A program made the translations under genes and the position numbers. A DNA stretch of 63,941 nt, the filler included, from Lenisia limosa (Eukaryota; Protista; Breviatea), in the NCBI GenBank assembly GCA_001655205.1. It is 15 parts of 15 records of this genome, joined end to end, with 100 filler letters (N's around TTAATTAATTAA, not from the genome) between each part and the next. Parts side by side here need not be neighbours in the genome. Positions count along the whole stretch, not along the records: positions 1 to 3,562 come from LPNZ01004522.1; positions 3,663 to 8,116 come from LPNZ01008912.1; positions 8,217 to 9,544 come from LPNZ01000444.1; positions 9,645 to 13,596 come from LPNZ01000870.1; 11 more parts are not named here. One strand, given 5' to 3'. Below, piece after piece: positions 1 through 9,798 of the stretch; positions within the stretch are counted from its first letter, which is position 1, and the number at the start of each line of letters is the position of its first letter. The notes beneath the pieces were generated by a model. The model saw only the letters and a program-made list of their open reading frames with translations. It was not told the origin of the DNA and made no database searches.

Positions 1-2
1 AA

Positions 3-2042
3 ATATCTCTCACAACCAAGCTCATCCATGAAATGTTCACGGTCTGCGACTTCAGCAGCTCCATTCCTTGTGTCGCTGTGTCCCAAGACAACAAGGCCGT
101 CAGACTTATCCTCAACGTTACCAAGCTCTGCGGTTTGTTATTATATGTTACTTCTCAGCTCTGCGGTTTGTTATATGTCTAGTTTTAGCGCTGGTTGCTC
201 GTGTTTGTCATTGGTTTTTTTTTTTTTTTTTNNNNNNNNNNNNNNNNNNNNNNNNNNNNNNNNNNNNNNNNNNNNNNNNNNNNNNNNNNNNNNNNNNNNN
301 NNNNNNNNNNNNNNNNNNNNNNNNNNNNNNNNNNNNNNNNNNNNNNNNNNNNNNNNNNNNNNNNNNNNNNNNNNNNNNNNNNNNNNNNNNNNNNNNNNNN
401 NNNNNNNNNNNNNNNNNNNNNNNNNNNNNGTGCTTTTATTCTAGAGATTCCCTTTCGGTTCCGAAACACCTGTACAATATCGATATTTATCGAGAATTTA
501 TCGAGAATTCAGTCTTTTTTTGGGACCGAAAGTGAAGCTCTATTTTATTCACTCAGCAGATCTTACAATTAATCTTCCTTCATGTAAATTTGAACCTTCT
601 AAGAGTCTCATTATTTAGGGCTCGACAAAATAGATATGACACTGAAGGAGCTGGACTACTCTGAGTTCCTCAAGGGTTGGGAAAGTCTGAGTTGTATTGA
701 CCAGGCCAACCTCATTGCCAACTCCGTGATAGCCAATCCCGTATGTGAGGATTATGTGTGAATATTGTGACCATTTAAGTTCACTCCTGTTTTTCAAGTT
801 ATATCATCTTTATGCCGCTTGGATCAGCTGATGAGTTCAATCCATTGATTATCTGAAAGCTGTGTATAAGGAGCGGTTTTAGTGGAGAGTTAGTAGATAA
901 CAACTTAGTGCTTGTTTGTACATTGGGCAGTTTAGACTGTTTTTGGCTGTTGAGCTCATTTTCTATCATACACAACAATCCTCTCTTCAGCCCTTTGATC
1001 ATCACCTCCTAAGATCTGGGGTTCAATCATTTTATTTTAACCAAAATATCAGTGAACAGCATTACGCTCTGTGTTGTTGTTGGGAATCCATCATAATAGG
1101 TAGAGCCTTACTTTCGGCTAGAGAAGACTAAACCCTCAATAATCAATAATCTCTTGAAAACTCTATAATTCCTCGATAATTCCTCGATATTTGTCTTTTG
1201 GGGAAGTGAAGTCCCTGTTTAAGTTCACATCCGTCGCATTTCCATCACTTTGTCACCCCCCCCTCACACGTGATGGGANNNNNNNNNNNNNNNNNNNNNN
1301 NNNNNNNNNNNNNNNNNNNNNNNNNNNNNNNNNNNNNNNNNNNNNNNNNNNNNNNNNNNNNNNNNNNNNNNNNNNNNNNNNNNNNNNNNNNNNNNNNNNN
1401 NNNNNNNNNNNNNNNNNNTCAAAAACGCAAACCTCACGGACCACGGCCAGCACATTCTTGAGCTCAGCTTCGACAACGACACCGAGCCAAACCTCGTAGA
1501 GGCCGTGTTGACCGGACATTACACTAATGATCTCACCCTGATCTCGGACGTACGTTGGTTTTGTTTGTCATACCTTATAGGGCTTCCCTTCGGTTTGAAA
1601 ATAGACAATTTCTCGATAAGTCTTCGAAACTTATCGATATTTTACTGGTCTTTTTCGAACCGAAGTGAAGCCCTGGTTCCTTACATGATAATCCCAAAAC
1701 AAAAAGAATTATTCTGCATGTCAATACTGGTGTTCTCTCCTATCTTTTTGCTTCAATGGAAAATCCCCTTGATCTTTGATGTTTTTGGCTGTTGATACCC
1801 CATCTTTTTCTATGTCAAGTTCTTTGAAGGTCTTAGTGTTGTATAAATTAATTTTGAATTATTCGTACAGCTGGGCACTTTTCAAGAGTATTTGGAATAC
1901 ACATGTATTTCCTCATAGAAACAATTTTAAGAGTTCTGGATATGAACAGAGAATGTTTGAGACCTTCGATTCATCATCAATCACATTATTACCACTATTA
2001 ACGGGACACAAGTCGGAACGTGCACAACATGTAAGAACTTAA
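3..2042 (+). CDS. Fragmentary multi-exon gene, possibly containing a BTB/POZ-like domain
   Basis: Exon-like segments 619-740 (LDKIDMTLKELDYSEFLKGWESLSCIDQANLIANSVIANP, then GTATGT donor) and 1419-1549 (KNANLTDHGQHILELSFDNDTEPNLVEAVLTGHYTNDLTLISD, then GTACGT), the latter resembling the BTB core. The fragments may belong to more than one gene. Confidence 0.35.
442..542. mobile_element. hAT-type MITE (family 1), ~100 bp
   Basis: TIR TAGAGATTCCCTTTCGGTTCC...GGACCGAAAGTGAAGCTCTA; perfect 8-bp TSD TTTTATTC on both sides. Confidence 0.85.
1101..1216. mobile_element. Degenerate family-1 MITE
   Basis: TAGAGCCTTACTTTCGG...GAAGTGAAGTCCCT with internal CCTCGATAAT repeats. Confidence 0.6.
1578..1675. 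mobile_element. hAT-type MITE (family 1)
   Basis: TAGGGCTTCCCTTCGGTTTG...CGAACCGAAGTGAAGCCCTG; flanks ATACCTTA/GTTCCTTA (6/8). Confidence 0.85.
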
Positions 2043-2398
2043 TTTGTCGGGATTTTTCAAAGAGAACACAAGAAAACGAGGGAAACAAATGTTTGAAATA
2101 TATTTGTTTTGAAAATGGCCCGTAGTATTTTTATAAAAGTAGCTTAAAAAAAAGACAATGTCAGTAATTCTTGAGGTGACTCAGGTGAAAGGATTGCGTT
2201 TTCTTTAGATCAATAATATTATTTTGTCAGTTATTTTCTCAAAGCAAAAACAAAGGCAGGTTTCCGGCCATTGACATAGACATCTGAGAACCCTTTCCGC
2301 CTTTAACACGCAGCGCACTTGTCTAGATTGCCTCTGGCGCCAGCAAGTGAGTTCTTTTGCAAGAGTTTGGCAATAAAAAATCCATATGTCTCTCTAAT

Positions 2399-3109
2399 TC
2401 AATACACGGCCCTAAAATAAGACGTCAACTGACCATTCTCAGCTTGTACAAAGGCCTTCCTCATGCAGTCGTAGCTGGCACTAGCACGGAGGTTCATTTT
2501 GGTCAAGTCAGCGTTCACATGGAGGAAGACCGGTAGCTTGCTGAAGTTGATGCTGTCCAGGCCACGAACACGCTGGATGTTGTTCCAGATAATGCAGGCT
2601 GTGTCGATGTCCTCCTCCTCAGAATTGACGGACAAGAGCACTCCAAGACTGTAAACAAAAAACTGATATTTGCAGCATATACTATGAAGAAATCCTCAAA
2701 TCCCACCCTTTCGAGCTGGTCACCCAAAGAAAGAGAAGCGCAGCCTTAGAGATTTGTAGTCAAATAATACGAGAGGTCATTTAAAGAAGAGAAAAGTATC
2801 ATATGACATCTGCATAGAGCCGAAGAACTTCTGTCTGGAACCTAAAACATGTAAAAGACAGGAATGGAGTCTCTGATGAATAGAGGCAGTATTACGATAT
2901 TTCTCATAAACTGACCTGTCCTGAAAAGCTCGTTATCAAGCAAAGTGAATAAGATGTTGCGGGTGGAGATCGGCTAGTTTAGCACCCCCTCAACGGGTAT
3001 TGGCTAACAATAGGCGTACCTCATCGTCCACAGAGACAGAGATGAACAATTCAGGGTAGGCCCCTGCAAAGCCCTGTGTAACGTAGGCCTGGACTTGCTC
3101 TTTGGTGAC
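2399..3109 (-). CDS. Hypothetical protein, 3' exons
   Basis: Exons TKEQVQAYVTQGFAGAYPELFISVSVDDE and PISTRNILFTLLDNELFRT, plus terminal exon LGVLLSVNSEEEDIDTACIIWNNIQRVRG...YFRAVY* (stop at 2399); GT-AG boundaries and C-ending codons. Confidence 0.65.
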
Positions 3110-3606
3110 TGAAAGCATTACAGTTGAGATTCACAGTGGTTCTGACATAATTGCAAAAAAGATGATGTGATCATAAGTACCAACAAAAAGATGAAGAAAA
3201 ACCAAAAACTGTCAATGAAATTGCCATTTATATCAAGGCTCCAACCTGATCAGTATGTGACGAATGAACCATACCTCTTACAACAACAGCCATGAAAAGT
3301 ATTTGCTCGTTTTCTCGTGTCTAATCCTCGTCATTTTCCTTGTATTTTGTATGATGTTCATTTTCTTTACTTCTGGAAGGGTGGTGGGGTATGCACACTA
3401 GATTACCACCCTTCTGCAGTTTCAGATATTGTTCGTGATTGATATCTTAGCGCCAATATCTCCCATCATAATTTCTTTCAACCCTTCCCCCCGATTCGAC
3501 TCTGGGTTAGTTCCATACATTTTTTAAAAAATTACGTACGCTGGAGTGATGGGATGGGGCTGNNNNNNNNNNNNNNNNNNNNNNNNNNNNNNNNNNNNNN
3601 NNNNNN

Positions 3607-3618
3607 TTAATTAATTAA
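3607..3618. other. Artificial assembly gap spacer (N44-TTAATTAATTAA-N44)
   Basis: The same 100-nt construct recurs with its core at 8161, 9589, 13641, 14958, 18525, 29305, 32272, 35323, 37528, 56724, 58280, 61458 and 62743; it places stops in all six frames. Confidence 0.97.
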
Positions 3619-3662
3619 NNNNNNNNNNNNNNNNNNNNNNNNNNNNNNNNNNNNNNNNNNNN

Positions 3663-3747
3663 GGGGTGTATAGCTTCGGTTTCGAAACACCTGTTAAAGG
3701 ATTTATCGAAAATTCAGTCTTTTTGTGGAACCGAAAGTGAAGCTCTA
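3663..3747. mobile_element. Family-1 MITE, left end at gap
   Basis: ...GCTTCGGTTTCGAAACACCTG...GGAACCGAAAGTGAAGCTCTA, closely similar to the copy at 442. Confidence 0.75.
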
Positions 3748-4723
3748 AAATTACCATGTGACATCAGCCATGTCACCATTTGACATCACGCATGTTAACG
3801 CATATACATATGAGTGTCTTTCGAGTAGAAGTGATGAATAAAAATAGCATTGAGAATTGTCGGACAAGTGCCATAGGATTTAAATGGTTCACACTTGTGA
3901 AAATGATCCAAAAATTGTGTGTAGCAACGGGTTTATCATTGTGAGCCTAATTTCAATAGACTTTACTGCAAATAATCATGGTGACTATTAGGATGACGAG
4001 ATCGACTCTTTGCTCAATGAATTTGACCCGTCATCGTACCAGCTGTGGTGCTCAGTGGGAGGGGATATGGAGGGTTGAAACATTGTTACAGTATTATGAC
4101 TGAGTGAAAACTATCAGTGAAACAATTACTAACATCGAAAAAATCGAATACTTAATTCGATTTTCCGAACATTACCCTGCAGGAGCTTTCGCAACAGGTC
4201 AAAAACAGACGCAATGAGGCAGCACGCCAACGCGCCATTTCAAAGCATATCGTGTCTCAGGCCGATATTCAGTAGTCTTATTGTGGTTTTTTTATTGTTA
4301 TTTTTTTTTTGTTAAGGTATTGTCAAAGGGGATGATGAGTTCCCATGTTTCTATGTCACTGATGTGTGTAGGTATAGGTTTTTTTTTAATATGTAAAAAA
4401 ATTAGATACGTATATTTCTCAAAAGGCAATAAACGGTAGATAATCTATAAAAATAATTTAGGAGATGAACATGAACCCAACAATGTCTGTCAAAGCCACT
4501 TGCCAAATCTACGGATAGGATGCGAACTATGAGTGTATTTTGGGTCACTATTCCTATCCACTATTCCCATCCTTGGTCACTATTCCCATCCTTGCCAACT
4601 TCCATTGAGTGGAAATATAACCACCTCTTCTTGCAAGATCAAATATTAACGTTATATTTACCACAGAAACGAAACACCTAAAAACCATACCTCATTCCAC
4701 ACGAACCTCCTTTACCATGCTTC

Positions 4724-6575
4724 CTATTTGTACAAATTGAACTTCTTTACCTTGGACCTAATTTCAGACTTCCTATAAGGCCTCAGCGCCACAGCAGTGA
4801 TAACCTCTTCTGGCTGCTCTTTCTGCAGGGAATAATTGAAACACACACGCAAGGTACATTAATATCATATCATATAGCCAATCATTTGCCCTACACAACT
4901 CATATGAAATGATATACTATATCATACGTTGACCATTTATTGAGCAAGGGAACCTGTCCATATAAGAACCTGTCAAACAGGGCAACAGAAAACGGCAAAG
5001 ACCTACCCAAACAACATGGTCGATTCCTTCCTTAGTCAGTCGCGAGGCATAATTCAATAGAACCGTTTCAGACTTTGCAGAGAGACAAACCTGAATAAGA
5101 GTGAACACACAGGTTCACAGCTGAGCACGAGAGGAGTTTGTTCAGTGTTGGTGGGAATCATAACAGCAGCATAATTCCTCCAACATTATTTGGAGAATTT
5201 CACCATATTTGCACAAATTGACAATAAAACAGCACAAAAGAGGCCGGATTCGAATAGTACGGCGTAGTCTCGAGGCCACATTACTGGGCTTCGAGAAGTT
5301 AGAGCCACCTAACATTCTTTCATTTAAAACCATTTAATTCCTCCAACATTCTTTGATTCCAAACGGAGATTTTTATCAACTGATACCTAACTGACCACCG
5401 CCAACTTTGCTGAGGGTTCCGACTGGTTGGGCCATATACTCCACAACATCGGGGTGTTCCTTGAACGCCCTGGAGGGGGGGGGGNNNNNNNNNNNNNNNN
5501 NNNNNNNNNNNNNNNNNNNNNNNNNNNNNNNNNNNNNNNNNNNNNNNNNNNNNNNNNNNNNNNNNGAAGAAATTCAAAGGTTCGTTTTTTCATACTTCGA
5601 CTTGGTTACAAACAAAACTGTGAAACTAGCGATATTTATCAAGAATATATCCAGTAATTCGTCCTTTATCATTGCGTGATCGTACCAGACAGCTGATAAT
5701 GAGGCGTGGCAAGCCTGTGACATAATCATTCCTGGGGGATGAGCATTCATATCATGATAAAATGTTCATATCATTGTGTACTAAGTACTTCTTCTGAAGT
5801 ATTGCCTAAGGATTCACTTCGGATCAAGAAACTCGGGAAAATATTGATAGTTTTCAAGGATTTATCGAAAATTTAGTCTTTTTTCGAATAGAAGTGAAGC
5901 CCTAATATTANNNNNNNNNNNNNNNNNNNNNNNNNNNNNNNNNNNNNNNNNNNNNNNNNNNNNNNNNNNNNNNNNNNNNNNNNNNNNNNNNNNNNNNNNN
6001 NNNNNNNNNNNNNNNNNNNNNNNNNNNNNNNNNNNNNNNNNNNNNNNNNNNNNAATGTACTGAATGAGGGGATTGTCGCCTTGTTCCACCGGTGCTGAAG
6101 AGGTTGAGATTGTTTAACACTGTCTGCTGGTAACAAACATTCGATGACTATCAATACTATACTCAAGTTTTGGGAACCGAAAATGAATACATCATAAAAC
6201 AAAGACAATAAAAACAAGGATCAAATATATTATGAAATAAAAACTGTTAATAAAGAGGCTGCTCCAGGATAAAGCCCACCACCCCTCCCCAACTTGCTCT
6301 TTTGTTTTGTACATTGCTTTAGATTGCATAAGTATGCTGATTTGTTGAAGGTAGTTACCCTCGATTATTGATATACCAGATTGAGTTCAGATTGAGTTCA
6401 GATTGAGTTCAGATTTGCACAGATTATATTGCAGATTATATTTCAGATTATAGTTCAGATTTAATTCAGATTATAGCTCAGATTTGATAGTTCAGATACT
6501 GACATATTTGCTTTATAACTCAATCTACAAATCTCTTTACCTCCTACTTGAAGATGAAGTTGGCTCCTGGGTCAT
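4724..6575 (-). CDS. PTRHD1: Putative peptidyl-tRNA hydrolase PTRHD1 (PTH2 family)
   Basis: Spliced product MTQEPTSSSTPVEQGDNPLIQYI...(Q)ACHASLSAVW...RAFKEHPDVVEYMAQPVGTLSK|VCLSAKSETVLLNYASRLTKEGIDHVVWVEQPEEVITAVALRPYRKSEIRSKVKKFNLYK*. Matches the PTRHD1 motifs LVQY, QACHA, IDHxxWxEQPE and ALRPY. Some exons are masked. Confidence 0.92.
5807..5904. mobile_element. Family-1 MITE in PTRHD1 intron
   Basis: TAAGGATTCACTTCGG...GAATAGAAGTGAAGCCCTA. Confidence 0.8.
6379..6500. repeat. Degenerate 11-12 nt tandem repeat (GATTGAGTTCA / GATTATATTGCA)
   Basis: About 10 units seen directly in PTRHD1 intron 1. Confidence 0.8.
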
Positions 6576-7156
6576 TTTGGAATCTCAGAGTCAGAAAGGT
6601 CTGGAAATGTGAAATGACTAAAAGGTCGAATTGCTGAAGCCGTCCACCATCACATGTCAGAAAATTAGAATGCTAATGAGGTTTAAAAATAATCGTATGG
6701 TTTGCCCCATTGCCCCAGAGAGTCAAGAAAAAGGTGTGGTCATATATTTGTCACATGAGCGAGGGAAGCACGAGTTGGAACAAAAACTGCTCCAAAACCA
6801 ATTAACAACGAAAGCATATGCTATTGAAAGGGGCCGTATAGACGTGCTCACCGTCAGCAGGGTAGCTCAGGCGATATCCTCCTTCCCTTGGCTTCTTCTT
6901 TCCCTTCTAGTCCGGCAGATTGTCTGGTTATTCCATAGAGTTATCACTAAATTATGATTTACCACATAATAACTTAGCACAGCAAAAGAGCAAAAATATG
7001 AAAAATCTCAAAAATCTGAATCTGAACTGAAGAAAAGCCACTGCTATAAACCTCTGCTAAATCCCCNNNNNNNNNNNNNNNNNNNNNNNNNNNNNNNNNN
7101 NNNNNNNNNNNNNNNNNNNNNNNNNNNNNNNNNNNNNNNNNNNNNNNNNNNNNNNN

Positions 7157-7290
7157 NTTTTGTTAAGATTGTTTTCCCCAATGTTTTAGTTTTTACTGTT
7201 TATTTTAAAAAATATTGGTGAAGTTTTGTTAAGATTGTTTCCAATGTTTTAGTTTTTACTGTTATTTTTTTAAAAATATTGGTGTAGCTC
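7157..7290. repeat. ~65-70 bp tandem duplication
   Basis: TTTTGTTAAGATTGTTT...CCAATGTTTTAGTTTTTACTGTT...AAAAATATTGGTG occurs twice. Confidence 0.8.
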
Positions 7291-7837
7291 AGATTTGTTT
7301 TAGATTTGAAGATTTGAGACAATTGATTGTGTTTATATTGGATTGGAGTTCAAGAAGAGTTTTTTTTTTTAGTTCATATTGTTGCTTTACTGAATTCAAA
7401 TTCAAGTCTGCAGAGGGAAAGGGCTATGTGATAATAGAAGTGTGATATAAAGGGGGTATCTGGCCGAGTCCACACCATCAGATATTCATTACCCGATCAT
7501 GATTACTCTAAAACGGGTCTTGAACAAGTCCAATCAAGGCCACCCTAGGGTGAAGCAGAAACAATACATCAGAACATTAAAATCAGTACACAAACGTTAA
7601 AACACCATCACCAAACTTGACACTTCCAATCGGTGGTCTGAACTCTGAAGTGTGAGGCAAATCACTGGTGAATTAGTATCTGCTGCGCAGAAACCGTGTC
7701 AGATTTGCGATATCGTGTCATTTTTGATTTTTGATTTTTTTGATTTTATAATATTATATAATACTTATATTTTAGCGTGATGATGCTGTCGTCGGCTTCC
7801 ACCAGAGATATATACAACCAATTTTTTTCTCTCATAT

Positions 7838-8925
7838 CATATACTTACCTGGAGAAGGGAGAAGACCGAAGCCATCAACATCACGTTTGCAGGAAGATAT
7901 GACAATTTTGACACTGGGCTTCACTTCGGTTCAAAAAACAGAAAATATCGATAGTTTTCGAGGATTTATCGAGGAATTCTGTCTTTTTTTGAACCGAAGT
8001 GAAGCCCTATTTGACACACCGCAATCCTGAAGTCCCACCTAATACACCTTCCGCTTCTCCAAGAGAGCCTCAACCGAGTGGAAGTGGCTCCATAGCGACG
8101 ACCTGGGGGGGGGGGGNNNNNNNNNNNNNNNNNNNNNNNNNNNNNNNNNNNNNNNNNNNNTTAATTAATTAANNNNNNNNNNNNNNNNNNNNNNNNNNNN
8201 NNNNNNNNNNNNNNNNACCTTTTTCACATCATTGGTTTGCTTGCTGTTTTTTGTGAACAACTGACGAGAGGCTTTCCTACAAGGTCAGATTCTACCTTGT
8301 TTTATGCTTCAATCAATATATATACAGATATTATCGTGTTTCAGGGATTGTTGATCAGGAATCTCAATCAAACGAGATGATGGATATTATTTGCACAGAG
8401 TTCTAAAAAGAACGATTCTGGTAATTATACTCTATCATATTTACTTATAATGATAAATATCATTTAGATATGATACTCTCCCCCTCCCCACAGTTTCTGT
8501 ACGTACTTGCCCAGAGCAACTTTAGACGAGTCGCGGATGTTGGTGATTCGAGACTTGTAGAATGTCAGTTTCGAGGGGTCTACAAGGTGAGCATCATGGT
8601 TAAGGATGTGTGTAAGCCTATCATCATCATGTATAAAATACATATCATTTTGTAAACCTGTGAATTTTTCGGATTTACTGTTCAGCCGGAGTTATATTTT
8701 ATTTACAGCGTAGCATGTGCTAAATGTGTTCAATACGGCAAGATAAGAAGTACACCAATACAAACAAGATGAAACATGCCAACCTTTCAAGTTGAATCGC
8801 CTGCAAAAGAAGGCTCTGAACTTGGCAACAAGATCCTCGTAAGATGCAATACACTGCCTCTGGTGCTCCATAAGGGTCTGCTGGTCTCCCTTGGTCTTTT
8901 CCTCCACAAGAGCAAGCCGTGACTA
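7838..8925 (-). CDS. Hypothetical helical/coiled-coil protein, 3' part
   Basis: In-phase exons SRLALVEEKTKGDQQTLMEHQRQCIASYEDLVAKFRAFFCRRFNLK|DPSKLTFYKSRITNIRDSSKVALG|KKASRQLFTKNSKQTNDVKK. The 3' end crosses a gap and is uncertain. Confidence 0.6.
7915..8009. mobile_element. hAT-type MITE (family 1)
   Basis: TGGGCTTCACTTCGGTTCAAAAAA...TTTTTTGAACCGAAGTGAAGCCCTA; perfect 8-bp TSD TTTGACAC. Confidence 0.9.
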
Positions 8926-9003
8926 CTAGTGTTAATAGATATCATATGATGTAATCATTTACATCTCTCTATATATGATATAATATGTATATCATATCAA
9001 TGG

Positions 9004-9085
9004 TTGAATCTGGCCGAAGCTGTCCACACCATCACGTTTATAAGAGATCTAATAATTTGCCTTACAACTCTATGCACACAGCTTT
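9004..9085 (-). repeat. Sense-oriented intronic repeat (module C)
   Basis: Minus strand reads AGCTGTGTGCATAGAGTTGTAAGGCAAAT...ATCTCTTATAAACGTGATGGTGTGGACAGCTTCGGCCAGAT; many other copies in the window. Confidence 0.8.
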
Positions 9086-9271
9086 ATAGTTATTGATTTA
9101 TCCTGAATTGAGGGGTGATAAAAAAAAAATAGGGGAGGGATTGGCCGGCCCACAGTTCGATCCTTGTCTTTGGACATGGAGCTTAGAATTCGAGAGTCAA
9201 ATCGGGCAATATTCTGAGGGATTAGAAAGAAAATGGGTCATATAATATGGCAATGAGAAATATTATATGTA

Positions 9272-9348
9272 TACAGTGACCATAAGTCTTGACCGATTCT
9301 CCTTGGGAAATCATAGCAAATCGGTCAAGCCTTGTCCTGGTCACTGTA
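9272..9348. mobile_element. Tc1/pogo-type MITE (family 2), ~80 bp palindrome
   Basis: TA-CAGTGACCATAAGTCTTGACCGATT...AATCGGTCAAGCCTTGTCCTGGTCACTG-TA; CAGTG termini with TA flanks. Confidence 0.8.
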
Positions 9349-9486
9349 TAAATGAAGAAAAGGGAATATAAATATAAGAATGTTCCAAGTGAAAGAGCAA
9401 AATGTAAAATCTGCTATTGAAGTTAATGTGCCATCTTCGTTAATGTTTACTTAAAGCTAATACCACCACCCCCCTACTTTCTGCAA

Positions 9487-9544
9487 CACTATATAAACAC
9501 TATATAAACACTATATAAACACTATATAAACACTATATAAACAC
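9487..9544. repeat. 11-nt tandem repeat (CACTATATAAA)x5
   Basis: Perfect repeat running into a gap. Confidence 0.9.
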
Positions 9545-9798
9545 NNNNNNNNNNNNNNNNNNNNNNNNNNNNNNNNNNNNNNNNNNNNTTAATTAATTAA
9601 NNNNNNNNNNNNNNNNNNNNNNNNNNNNNNNNNNNNNNNNNNNNACTATACGAACTTCCTCAACCATACCATATTACAATACCTTCACCCCGCCAATTCA
9701 ACTATTTTCTGATTCAATTGAACAATGTGATCCGATATACCCCCAGGAACATATGTATAATACCACTACTAATTCAACTATATAATCCCCCCCCCCAG

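Noticed and set aside
442-542. TA-TSD (Stowaway/Tc1) interpretation of family-1 MITE
   Set aside because: The TA belongs to the TIR; 8-bp duplications outside it are exact in several copies, indicating hAT.
3607-3618. Recurrent TTAATTAATTAA as a biological site
   Set aside because: Always centred in exactly 44+44 N, so it is an assembly spacer.
7841-7852. ATACTTACCTGG, identical to the 5' end of U1 snRNA
   Set aside because: The downstream sequence does not continue as U1 (it is a module-C copy and a MITE). On the minus strand it is simply CAG|GTAAGT at a splice junction.
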